Origin: a phage
Sequence record: OZ335958.1
Direction: 5' to 3' (one strand)
DNA length: 64,000 nt
Part shown: positions 37,440 through 45,895 of the stretch, one piece after another
How the letters are laid out: every line of letters begins with the position of its first letter
Position numbering within the stretch: the stretch's first letter is position 1
Notes under the pieces: generated by a model
Databases searched by the model: none
Seen by the model: the letters and a program-made list of their open reading frames with translations, nothing else
Told to the model about the DNA's origin: nothing
Program-made: the position numbers and the translations under genes

Positions 37440-37470
37440 TGATAGTTGTATAGTACCATGGAAGAACAGG
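37440..37470 (-). promoter_or_regulatory. T4-type early promoter candidate
   Basis: gttgatagttgtatagtacc...ggatgtaaaccgttttgtgaaaaaattttt. Confidence 0.45.
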
Positions 37471-37612
37471 GATGTAAACCGTTTTGTGAAAAAATTTTTA
37501 AAAAGTTTTATGGAATTCTGGGGCAGGGAGGGGCAATTAAAAGGTAGGATAATATATTATAAAGGGTATAAACTAAATGATGCCTAGAGAGGCCCGGAAA
37601 GGCCTAGATACC

Positions 37613-37640
37613 AAAAAGCCCCAACCTTTTGGTCGGGGTT
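37613..37640 (-). terminator. Rho-independent terminator (minus strand)
   Basis: Minus RNA: CCCCGACC-AAAA-GGUUGGGG followed by CUUUUU; 8 nt after the stop of the IP-like gene. Confidence 0.55.
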
Positions 37641-37647
37641 AAGAATG

Positions 37648-38121
37648 TTATTTGATTTGTTTAGCAGACCAAATGCGGTCTTTAATAATTTTTTGAATGT
37701 CTTCAACATACTCAAGAGAGTGAACGTGTGGATTATCTTTGAAACTATAAGCACGGGCTAACTTTTGGCCTTCGGTTTTGATTACTAAAAGCTCTTTAAG
37801 GATAGCTTCATATTTAGCGATAATTCCTTTAACGATATTTTTTTCTTGTGCCGCTTTAGGATCTGCTTTAGGAGCAGGTTTACCCGAAGGCTTTGCAAAA
37901 GCAGCTCCAGTAGCAACTAAACTTTTCCAGGCCATACTAACTGCATTTCCCGTAAATCCTTCTGCTTTCATGTCGCGAGCAAATTGGAATCGTGATTCGT
38001 CAGAAGCATCTTTATAGGAATATTTACCCGCTGCAATGGCTGCTTTTGCGACAGCTTGAATTTCGGTGCTAGATGCTTCATTTAACACCGCTTCATTTAA
38101 AAATTGAGCATATGATTTCAT
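37648..38121 (-). CDS. Internal-protein-like protein with capsid-targeting leader
   Basis: 157 aa starting MKSYAQFLNEAVLNEA (IP leader with L-N-E cleavage motifs), Ala/Lys/Pro-rich centre. Confidence 0.55.
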   Translation of the reverse strand: MKSYAQFLNEAVLNEASSTEIQAVAKAAIAAGKYSYKDASDESRFQFARDMKAEGFTGNAVSMAWKSLVATGAAFAKPSGKPAPKADPKAAQEKNIVKGIIAKYEAILKELLVIKTEGQKLARAYSFKDNPHVHSLEYVEDIQKIIKDRIWSAKQIK

Positions 38122-38161
38122 CTTATTTCCTGTTTTAATTCGTGGATTTAATATACTACTA

Positions 38162-38169
38162 TATTTATA
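38162..38169 (-). promoter_or_regulatory. Late promoter (TATAAATA on minus strand)
   Basis: tatttata on plus strand ~40 bp upstream of 38121 start. Confidence 0.5.
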
Positions 38170-38171
38170 CT

Positions 38172-38199
38172 AAAAAGCCCCAACCTTTCGGTCGGGGCT
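38172..38199 (-). terminator. Rho-independent terminator closing the tRNA/stable-RNA operon
   Basis: Minus RNA: AGCCCCGACC-GAAA-GGUUGGGGCUUUUU; near-identical to the hairpin at 37613-37640. Confidence 0.55.
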
Positions 38200-38204
38200 A
38201 AGCC

Positions 38205-38500
38205 TTGCGGCAACCTTGTCGGGGTTCCACCTGCTAAGGCAAGTGTTTGTACGAAACGCCGGGATTCGAACCCGGTTATTAAGTAGTTGACGCTACTCAA
38301 TATTTTTAAAAGGCCATATCTCGACCATATCCGAACGTTCCGTCAAAAACGCTACTCGGCTTACGGCAAAGATATTTCCTCGAATCGATAATTCGGTGCG
38401 CCGTTTCAGCTGTGATAGTAAAGAACCAGAACACAGTAAAACTGTGGGAGGAACTATACTCCAGGGAACATCAGTCCGACGACTTACCGGTAACGACCCG
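38205..38500 (-). ncRNA. Putative small stable RNA(s) with tRNA-like T-arm (possible counterpart of T4 species 1/2 RNAs)
   Basis: No ORF; minus-strand ACCGGGUUCGAAUCCCGGCG T-arm-like element at ~38256-38279; bounded by the terminator. Confidence 0.25.
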
Positions 38501-38505
38501 GTTTC

Positions 38506-38856
38506 TTAATATTCTTTTAAAGTATCAATCTGTTCACGACGTTTACGCCATAAATCAATTGCTTCATACGCAGATTCAGCATTTCTAATTAGTCGGCATT
38601 TGTGTAAAGACTTATGATTTTGATATTGTGTAGATAACGGAATTTTATCTAAAAGGTCTTTACGTTCAAAGTATTCATAACCATCTAAGCCAAATGAACG
38701 ATTTTTAAGAAATTGCCAATGACCGTATTCGTTTTCGACATAAACATAATCTGCGTGCTGATAAAGCAAATTAATTACACGTTCAGAAATAACAGTGTCA
38801 TTATGATTAAAATAGAATGTTAAATCATGAACTACTAAATAAACATTACCTTTCAT
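38506..38856 (-). CDS. Hypothetical protein encoded within the tRNA region
   Basis: 116 aa ORF with GAGGAAAAU Shine-Dalgarno directly after tRNA-Arg. Confidence 0.55.
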   Translation of the reverse strand: MKGNVYLVVHDLTFYFNHNDTVISERVINLLYQHADYVYVENEYGHWQFLKNRSFGLDGYEYFERKDLLDKIPLSTQYQNHKSLHKCRLIRNAESAYEAIDLWRKRREQIDTLKEY

Positions 38857-38872
38857 ATTTTCCTCACTTAAT

Positions 38873-38948
38873 TGGTCGAGGCAGTAGGGATCGAACCTAC
38901 GACCCAGGACTTAGAAGGTCCTTGCTCTTCCTTCTGAGCTATGCCTCG
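38873..38948 (-). tRNA. tRNA-Arg (anticodon UCU)
   Basis: Hand-folded cloverleaf: acceptor CGAGGCA/UGCCUCG, anticodon loop CUUCUAA, T-loop UUCGAUC, CCA encoded. Confidence 0.8.
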
Positions 38949-38952
38949 GATT

Positions 38953-39027
38953 TGGCGGACGTGATAGGATTCGAACCTATAACCAATCGCTTAACAGGCG
39001 ATCGCTCTGCCATTGAGCTACACATCC
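38953..39027 (-). tRNA. tRNA-Asn (anticodon GUU)
   Basis: Acceptor GGAUGUG/CACGUCC, anticodon loop CUGUUAA, T-loop UUCGAAU, CCA encoded. Confidence 0.75.
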
Positions 39028-39031
39028 AAAT

Positions 39032-39118
39032 TGGTGGGGAGTGATGGAGTCGAACCACCCGAGTCGCAATGACAATGGATTTACAGTCCACACCGCTACC
39101 TCTACGGGATAACTCCCC
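39032..39118 (-). tRNA. tRNA-Tyr (anticodon GUA), long variable arm
   Basis: Acceptor GGGGAGU/ACUCCCC, anticodon loop ACUGUAAAU, T-loop UUCGACU, CCA encoded. Confidence 0.75.
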
Positions 39119-39127
39119 AAATTAATT

Positions 39128-39202
39128 TGGTGGCCCTGGGTGGAATTGAACCACCATCTGGCGATTATGAGTCGCTTGCTTGAACCTTCCAGCTACAGGG
39201 CC
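39128..39202 (-). tRNA. tRNA with anticodon CAU (Met, or Ile if lysidine-modified)
   Basis: Acceptor GGCCCUG/CAGGGCC, anticodon loop CUCAUAA, T-loop UUCAAUU, CCA encoded. Confidence 0.75.
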
Positions 39203-39203
39203 T

Positions 39204-39279
39204 TGGTGCTGATTGACGGAATCGAACCGCCGACCTTCTCATTACAAGTGAGTTGCTCTACCTACTGAGCTAAATCAGC
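39204..39279 (-). tRNA. tRNA-Thr (anticodon UGU)
   Basis: Acceptor GCUGAUU/AAUCAGC, anticodon loop CUUGUAA, T-loop UUCGAUU, CCA encoded. Confidence 0.8.
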
Positions 39280-39284
39280 AAAAC

Positions 39285-39374
39285 TGGCGGAGGCGATAGG
39301 ATTTGAACCTATGAGTCGCCGGAGCGACTGCCGGTTTTCAAGACCGGTGCATTAAACCACTCTGCCACGCCTCC
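39285..39374 (-). tRNA. tRNA-Ser (anticodon UGA), long variable arm
   Basis: Acceptor GGAGGCG/CGCCUCC, anticodon loop CUUGAAA, T-loop UUCAAAU, CCA encoded. Confidence 0.8.
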
Positions 39375-39376
39375 AG

Positions 39377-39450
39377 TCTCCATACAAGGATTTGAACCTT
39401 GGACCTCCTGATCCCAAATCAGGCGCTCTACCAAACTGAGCTACACGGAG
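39377..39450 (-). tRNA. tRNA-Pro (anticodon UGG), CCA not encoded
   Basis: Acceptor CUCCGUG/UAUGGAG, anticodon loop UUUGGGA, T-loop UUCAAAU; abuts tRNA-Ser as in the T4 Pro-Ser dimeric precursor. Confidence 0.75.
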
Positions 39451-39460
39451 TAAATTAAAT

Positions 39461-39534
<74 letters not shown>

Positions 39535-39539
39535 AAATT

Positions 39540-39626
39540 TGGTGCGAGAAGTGGGACTCGAACCCACAAGGAAATCATTCCGCAGCATTTTAAGTGCTGT
39601 GCCTTTACCAATTTGACCATTCTCGC
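39540..39626 (-). tRNA. tRNA-Leu (anticodon UAA), long variable arm
   Basis: Acceptor GCGAGAA/UUCUCGC, anticodon loop CUUAAAA, T-loop UUCGAGU, CCA encoded. Confidence 0.8.
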
Positions 39627-39627
39627 G

Positions 39628-39700
39628 CTGGGAATAAAGGACTCGAACCTTTGCATCCTGGAATCAAAATCCAGTGCCTTACCAACTTGGCTAATTCCCA
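39628..39700 (-). tRNA. tRNA-Gln (anticodon UUG), CCA not encoded
   Basis: Acceptor UGGGAAU/AUUCCCA, anticodon loop UUUUGAU, T-loop UUCGAGU; abuts tRNA-Leu as in T4 Gln-Leu precursor. Confidence 0.75.
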
Positions 39701-39786
39701 ATTATTAACAAAGGCTCTTAAGCAAGAACCCTTGATGATAGAGGGTATTAATCAGTGCGATATGAGTTAATAATAACAAATAATTC

Positions 39787-40302
39787 TTAAAGCAAATTAA
39801 ACATTTTAACGGTCGGCAAAACAATTTCTTCTTCTATATAAGAGTATTTAACACTCTCAACTACACGCAAAAAATCATAATCATAATACTCAGAAGCATT
39901 ACCTAAAATATTAATAAGTCCTTCAAGCACTTTATTACCATTCACAAAAAATAAGTCAAATACACGTTCTTCATCTTCTTCAGATTTATTACCAAGATCA
40001 ACTTCTATGCGAAAGACCTTTTTAATGAATTCTGGATAAAGCTGGTCTGAGAACAGTCCTTCAACCAAGTATTCATAAATAAAAAGAGATTGCTCGCTGA
40101 ACAAACCATTACCGCAATAGCGCTCAATTTTAGTACTAGAATATCTGCTTTTAAATTTCTTTAAAAGATACTGAAATTGTAAGATTTCATGCTCTTCTAC
40201 GCCAAACAGTGTTTTAGTTTTATAGTTGTCACCATCATTTTCCCAGGTAGTGACATCAATTACGTAGCCCTGCGGAATTGTAGTACCTAAACAAATATTC
40301 AT
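39787..40302 (-). CDS. Hypothetical protein
   Basis: 171 aa ORF. Confidence 0.5.
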   Translation of the reverse strand: MNICLGTTIPQGYVIDVTTWENDGDNYKTKTLFGVEEHEILQFQYLLKKFKSRYSSTKIERYCGNGLFSEQSLFIYEYLVEGLFSDQLYPEFIKKVFRIEVDLGNKSEEDEERVFDLFFVNGNKVLEGLINILGNASEYYDYDFLRVVESVKYSYIEEEIVLPTVKMFNLL

Positions 40303-40305
40303 TTT

Positions 40306-40596
40306 TCACCACGCTGCGTTAATGTAAGTATATTTAATACATTCAAGACCCAAAGGATTCTTGAAAATATCATATTCAAGAGGACCTTTTTCTGTTTCAA
40401 TAAAGAAATCAAAATTTACTGTATTAAATTTACGTTCTTCCTTCACTAATTTAACTTGAGAAGATGAACGGTCAATGTAAACCTTTTCAACTTCAAAACA
40501 TGTTAAAATGCCATAATCATCAATCAAAGCTTTAGCCGCGTCTTGATCATATTTATATCCATTTTCAATGGATGATACTTTCGCATAAAGAATCAT
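40306..40596 (-). CDS. Hypothetical protein
   Basis: 96 aa ORF. Confidence 0.5.
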   Translation of the reverse strand: MILYAKVSSIENGYKYDQDAAKALIDDYGILTCFEVEKVYIDRSSSQVKLVKEERKFNTVNFDFFIETEKGPLEYDIFKNPLGLECIKYTYINAAW

Positions 40597-40598
40597 TA

Positions 40599-40997
40599 TC
40601 AGCCTTCATCAACAATAGTGTGAGTATTGGCATTTACGATTTGCCACCAATCAAAGCGATTAGAATCCATCGGTTTGTTTTCATTTTCTTTGATAATGTC
40701 ACGGAGTTCATCTTCAGAGAATGCTTTAGCAATTAAATCGGTATACCCACCACGGGGATAATAATTATCACCTGCAAACAAAAGGAAATTTACCTTCCCG
40801 GAAGGAACATATGCTTCCTTAGGATACTTGTTTCCTGCGTGGTCAACCACTTCAATATAACGGTAAGGAATATCGGTTCTTTCAACCCATTGCCATGCCG
40901 CTGCAGGGGAATCGAAAGCATCTACACCTAAACGATTATCTTCATCTTTAGACGGATTATTTTCGTAATCCGCATATACATAATATTCAACGTTCAT
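40599..40997 (-). CDS. Hypothetical protein
   Basis: 132 aa ORF. Confidence 0.5.
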   Translation of the reverse strand: MNVEYYVYADYENNPSKDEDNRLGVDAFDSPAAAWQWVERTDIPYRYIEVVDHAGNKYPKEAYVPSGKVNFLLFAGDNYYPRGGYTDLIAKAFSEDELRDIIKENENKPMDSNRFDWWQIVNANTHTIVDEG

Positions 40998-41182
40998 TAT
41001 TCACCTTTAGAAATTTTATCCATAACAATAGCAATTAAACCAATTAAAAATGCTACTACAAGTGAAAAAACATTTTCTGCCGTAGTCAATAATCCGCATA
41101 TAAATCCAACAAACATTGAAAAACTGAAAGCGGAAGCAGAAATTGCAATAGCAACATTTCGAATTAATTCACAACGTTTCAT
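40997..41182 (-). CDS. Small membrane protein (start at MKRCELIR with GAGGAGAA Shine-Dalgarno)
   Basis: ORF-track 40997-41323 trimmed; two hydrophobic helices. Confidence 0.5.
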   Translation of the reverse strand: MKRCELIRNVAIAISASAFSFSMFVGFICGLLTTAENVFSLVVAFLIGLIAIVMDKISKGE

Positions 41183-41240
41183 TTTATTCTCCTCAGTAGT
41201 TGATAGGGTAATAGTATCACTACCCCATCTAAAAGTAAAT

Positions 41241-41474
41241 TTATTTTTTACGAAAAATTGATTTATTTTCTGCTGCCCATTTTTCAATAACTGCAGCAGG
41301 ACCAGTAACAACAATTTTATCACCGTAATCTTCTGCGGCGAGTTGACCGAAATTATCTAATGCATCACGAAGAACTCCATGAGGCATTTCACCCATTTTA
41401 TCTTTCTTGCCGGTGTAAATAAACTCAACTTTTACATCAGAAGATTCAGCGATAAATTCTTGATAAGTTTTCAT
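41241..41474 (-). CDS. Internal protein (IPI-locus type) with capsid-targeting leader
   Basis: 78 aa from MKTYQEFIAESSDVK..., exact T4 IP leader MKTYQEFIAE. Confidence 0.65.
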   Translation of the reverse strand: MKTYQEFIAESSDVKVEFIYTGKKDKMGEMPHGVLRDALDNFGQLAAEDYGDKIVVTGPAAVIEKWAAENKSIFRKK

Positions 41475-41502
41475 TTTAGTTTCCATTCGATTGTTTTGTT
41501 TT

Positions 41503-41541
41503 GATAGGGTAATAGTATCACAACTAAAACCCTATGTAAAC
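41503..41541 (-). promoter_or_regulatory. T4-type early promoter candidate
   Basis: ttgatagggtaatagtatcac...ctatgtaaacaactttgtgaaattatttt. Confidence 0.45.
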
Positions 41542-41553
41542 AACTTTGTGAAA

Positions 41554-41811
41554 TTATTTTAAATCTTCTAATCGTTTCTTCATCTTAGAACCATTTTTAG
41601 CAATTTCTCCTGCATCGGAGCATAATGCTAAAAGTGCTTTAACTTTCGTTTGGTCTCCTTTAAAAGATGAAGGATCTACTGCAGCAGCAAGTTCTTTAAT
41701 ACGAGAGAAAAGACGCTCAGCTTCAGCTAAAGCCATTCCAAGCTTTACTTCCATACCGTGGGAAGATTCAGTGATAGTAGTTTTTGCAGCAAACTCTTTG
41801 AAAGTTTTCAT
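41554..41811 (-). CDS. Internal-protein-like small protein with IP-type leader
   Basis: 85 aa starting MKTFKEFAAKTTITES (leader variant with I-T-E site). Confidence 0.55.
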   Translation of the reverse strand: MKTFKEFAAKTTITESSHGMEVKLGMALAEAERLFSRIKELAAAVDPSSFKGDQTKVKALLALCSDAGEIAKNGSKMKKRLEDLK

Positions 41812-41832
41812 TTTATTTTCCTAATTAATTTT

Positions 41833-41871
41833 GATGAGGTAATAGTATCACTACCTCATCAGCATGTAAAC
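41833..41871 (-). promoter_or_regulatory. T4-type early promoter candidate
   Basis: ttgatgaggtaatagtatcac...catgtaaacaactttgtgaaattatttt; near duplicate of 41503-41541. Confidence 0.45.
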
Positions 41872-41883
41872 AACTTTGTGAAA

Positions 41884-42568
<685 letters not shown>

Positions 42569-42569
<1 letters not shown>

Positions 42570-43294
42570 TATAGTACCTTTAGTGTATTTTTAATTTTAG
42601 AAAAAAGTTCTTCAAGAGAACCATCGTTTGTAATTACTAAATCGCCATCACGAATTGGCAATCCAGCTTCTGTAATATGAGTATCATTGGATTTTTGACC
42701 AGGACGAACTACATGAATTACTGTAGCACCCATCGCCCTAGCCGCATCCATTTCATGATCTTGACGAGTATCAGGAACGATATAATAATCATAACCTGAG
42801 TTAAATTTATCAAGATAATCTAAAGCAAATAATTTTACCCAATACATGCGGTCGAAGTTATTAACAATCAAATCCGTACCTAGGGCTTGCATCAGACGAC
42901 GGATTGACCATTGATCTTCAATATTATTTATAACGTCAGCAATCTTGTTAAATGCTACGAAATTAACTGATTCTTTTCCTTCGTCATCAAAAACAAACAC
43001 ACCTTTAATTGGGCTTTTACTATTAAGATAGCAAAATGCTTGTTCCATAATCGTAATTACTTCTAATTTAGTCAGATTTAAATTAGTCTCACGATCATAG
43101 TCAATTCCTTCAAACTCTCTACGAGTTAAGCAAGGATAGTCAGTGTTTGCTGCAAATACAGACCATGCATAAGCCAATGCATCCTTAATAGGACCAGCAA
43201 GTTGATATTTAACTGCAGAATAATTATTCATGATAAAATCTGCAGTAGTATCTTTTCCACTACGCTTTACACCACTTAAAAAGATTAGTTTCAT
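42569..43294 (-). CDS. 1: Deoxynucleoside monophosphate kinase gp1
   Basis: 241 aa, P-loop GVKRSGKDT; matches T4 gp1. Confidence 0.9.
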
Positions 43295-43343
43295 ATGTTT
43301 CTCCTCAAATTTAGTTAAGATTATAACACATGAAACTGAAGCA

Positions 43344-43874
43344 TTAAACTTCTGCTATAATTTTACCATCTTTTTCTACTTGAAAATACGTATAAGGAAT
43401 CGTTGCTGTGCATACTAAAGCTGGGTCTGAATCTTCCGTGTAGCTGAATTCTACTTCAGATAGGTCAGAAACCCAGGGCTTATAAAAATTTATTGACATC
43501 ACGATTTCAGTTTTACTATTATCTAAAATGTAAAGCGTAATGTATTCAGGACCTGTTTTTTGGGCAGTATTTTCACCTGTAAGATAGTTACTAGTTCCTA
43601 GCATCCATTCATACATTCCTATCCACGACTTAAGCTCTTCATCAACTATAAATCTCACGATGAGTGGATCGTACTCAAATGTAACTCCTGGACGTTGTGC
43701 TCTACCTAGTCCAAACGGCCCAGTCACGGTATCAGTAACAGGTATCCTAATTCCTGGAATAGGAACTGACTGAGCATTTAAAGTAAAAGCAGATGTAGTA
43801 TTACTATGCGGTATTGATACTACAAAGTTAGTTGTATTTGCTTGGTTAAAAATTTGTTGTAGTGCTTGCGACAT
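43344..43874 (-). CDS. 3: Tail completion / tube terminator protein gp3
   Basis: ORF-track 43344-43955 trimmed to Met 28 (GAGG Shine-Dalgarno) giving 176 aa as in T4 gp3. Confidence 0.8.
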   Translation of the reverse strand: MSQALQQIFNQANTTNFVVSIPHSNTTSAFTLNAQSVPIPGIRIPVTDTVTGPFGLGRAQRPGVTFEYDPLIVRFIVDEELKSWIGMYEWMLGTSNYLTGENTAQKTGPEYITLYILDNSKTEIVMSINFYKPWVSDLSEVEFSYTEDSDPALVCTATIPYTYFQVEKDGKIIAEV

Positions 43875-43980
43875 ATATTCCTCATAATGCTTCATAAATG
43901 TTGGTGGTATAATGGGTCTAAGTCCCTTCCATTCAATTCCAATTAGAACAAACAATAGAAAAGAATGGAAGATAATAGAA

Positions 43981-44805
43981 TTAGATATTTGACCAGACTT
44001 TGTTTGCAGAGAAACGTTTTCCTTTTGAAACGAACTGCTGAAGTGGCATTAACACAACGTTCGCCCAGTCTTTCGGGGCGATTTCAACAAGGCTACCCAT
44101 AATATTACCGGGTATATATGCCTTAATCATTTGGTCTGCACCCCTAAATCCTTTCACTTGACTCCAATCAATTTTTAATTTCGTTTTATTAGTAATAGTA
44201 GGCGTATTTGAATATTGCTTTAAAAGCTCTTCTAGAAACTGTTGACGAGCTTTAGGTGGAATATAGTGCAAGTTCAATCCATACATTAAATTGTGTTTAC
44301 CTAAACCGAGGTAAATTATCAAAGGAAATTTATCCCAATAAGGAAGAGTTTCCTTGTGTTTAGCATCATAAGCAAAAGCATATATTCGTCCCGGCTGCGG
44401 GCGAACAACTTTGTGTCCTTTTACTTGCTTGATAGTTTCAGCAAACCACTTTCTGGTTTTATTATTAATTGCTGCGCCTTCATTACGAATTTTATCACGC
44501 AATGTTTGCCTGAATGAATTTATCATAAGCAGTTGTCTTTCTTGCTTATTGAGTTTATTCATTGGTTTTGATTCAAGCTTTTGAATCTTTTCAGCTGTTT
44601 TAATTCCTGAAGCATATTTTGACATTGCTGAAGTAAACGTAGAGTATTTGATTCCTCTTTCTTCGGCAAATTGCTTTCCTGTCATTCCTTTTGCTTTGGC
44701 CTTTTTGTATTCAAGACCTATCTGAATCCATTTCTTTTCGTTTAATGATTGCTTAACCTTTGGAACTTGGGGAGTGCTTTCATTAATTATTTGAAAAATA
44801 GCCAT
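43981..44805 (-). CDS. 2: DNA end-protector protein gp2
   Basis: 274 aa in T4 gene 2 position, basic. Confidence 0.8.
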   Translation of the reverse strand: MAIFQIINESTPQVPKVKQSLNEKKWIQIGLEYKKAKAKGMTGKQFAEERGIKYSTFTSAMSKYASGIKTAEKIQKLESKPMNKLNKQERQLLMINSFRQTLRDKIRNEGAAINNKTRKWFAETIKQVKGHKVVRPQPGRIYAFAYDAKHKETLPYWDKFPLIIYLGLGKHNLMYGLNLHYIPPKARQQFLEELLKQYSNTPTITNKTKLKIDWSQVKGFRGADQMIKAYIPGNIMGSLVEIAPKDWANVVLMPLQQFVSKGKRFSANKVWSNI

Positions 44806-45257
44806 TATGCCCCCTTAAAGCCAAGAGCTCGTAATCCATCTTCTGTTAAAATTCTAAATTTTATTCCACGCTTTTCAGCTAAAGATTGCGCTGCTTTCCA
44901 TTTGTCAGTATTAACGGAATATGTATAAATTTCATTCATAAATCTTTTCTTCGCTGCAGTTGTTAGATGTGCCGGTTTAACTGGTGGTTGTGTTTCTTTT
45001 TTAGGTTTTATTTCAATAAAAAATTCTTGTCCAGAAGAATCTTTCATCCAAATATCCATGAAGTATCTACGTTTTTTCCCTTCTGCATTACAAAAATAAG
45101 GAATTACTGCTGTTTCACTACCCCATGCAATAATTTCTGGATTTTTATCTAACCATTCAAAAAAGAATTTTTCCCAATTTGATCTATACGTAATTTTTTT
45201 AGGGTCACCTCTATATTTTGATATATTTTTAGGAACCCATTTTCCAGAATATGCCAT
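44805..45257 (-). CDS. 4: Head completion protein gp4
   Basis: 150 aa [30 protein letters not shown]; matches T4 gp4. Confidence 0.85.
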   Translation of the reverse strand: MAYSGKWVPKNISKYRGDPKKITYRSNWEKFFFEWLDKNPEIIAWGSETAVIPYFCNAEGKKRRYFMDIWMKDSSGQEFFIEIKPKKETQPPVKPAHLTTAAKKRFMNEIYTYSVNTDKWKAAQSLAEKRGIKFRILTEDGLRALGFKGA

Positions 45258-45268
45258 TGGATTCTCCT

Positions 45269-45276
45269 TATAAATA
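45269..45276 (+). promoter_or_regulatory. Late promoter TATAAATA for gene 53
   Basis: Exact TATAAATA ~29 bp upstream of the 45305 start. Confidence 0.6.
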
Positions 45277-45283
45277 GATAATA

Positions 45284-45291
45284 TATTTATA
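45284..45291 (-). promoter_or_regulatory. Late promoter TATAAATA for gene 4 (divergent)
   Basis: tatttata on plus strand ~27 bp upstream of the 45257 start. Confidence 0.55.
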
Positions 45292-45304
45292 AACAGGAGG
45301 GCCC

Positions 45305-45895
45305 ATGCTCTTTACATTTTTTGATCCGATTGAATATGCGGCCAAAACGGTGAATAAAAACGCGCCGACTATTCCTATGACAGATATTTTTAGAAACTAT
45401 AAAGACTATTTCAAACGTGCTCTTGCAGGATACCGCTTACGCACTTATTATATTAAAGGTTCACCACGTCCGGAAGAATTAGCAAATGCTATATATGGAA
45501 ATCCGCAGTTGTATTGGGTTTTATTGATGTGTAATGATAATTATGATCCGTATTATGGATGGATTACTTCGCAAGAAGCTGCTTATCAAGCATCTATACA
45601 AAAATACAAAAACGTAGGTGGAGACCAAATAGTATATCATGTGAATGAGAACGGTGAAAAATTTTATAATTTAATATCATACGATGATAATCCATATGTT
45701 TGGTATGACAAAGGCGATAAAGCTAGAAAATATCCTCAATATGAAGGAGCACTTGCTGCGGTCGATACGTATGAAGCTGCTGTTCTTGAAAATGAAAAAC
45801 TTCGTCAAATAAAAATAATAGCAAAATCAGACATCAATTCATTTATGAACGACCTTATACGTATAATGGAGAAATCTTATGGAAATGATAAGTAA
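45305..45895 (+). CDS. 53: Baseplate wedge protein gp53
   Basis: 196 aa MLFTFFDPIEYAAKTVNKNAPTIP; matches T4 gp53. Confidence 0.9.
   Translation: MLFTFFDPIEYAAKTVNKNAPTIPMTDIFRNYKDYFKRALAGYRLRTYYIKGSPRPEELANAIYGNPQLYWVLLMCNDNYDPYYGWITSQEAAYQASIQKYKNVGGDQIVYHVNENGEKFYNLISYDDNPYVWYDKGDKARKYPQYEGALAAVDTYEAAVLENEKLRQIKIIAKSDINSFMNDLIRIMEKSYGNDK

Noticed and set aside
38817-39044. Plus-strand 75 aa ORF across tRNA-Arg and tRNA-Asn
   Set aside because: Overlaps two tRNA genes on the opposite strand.
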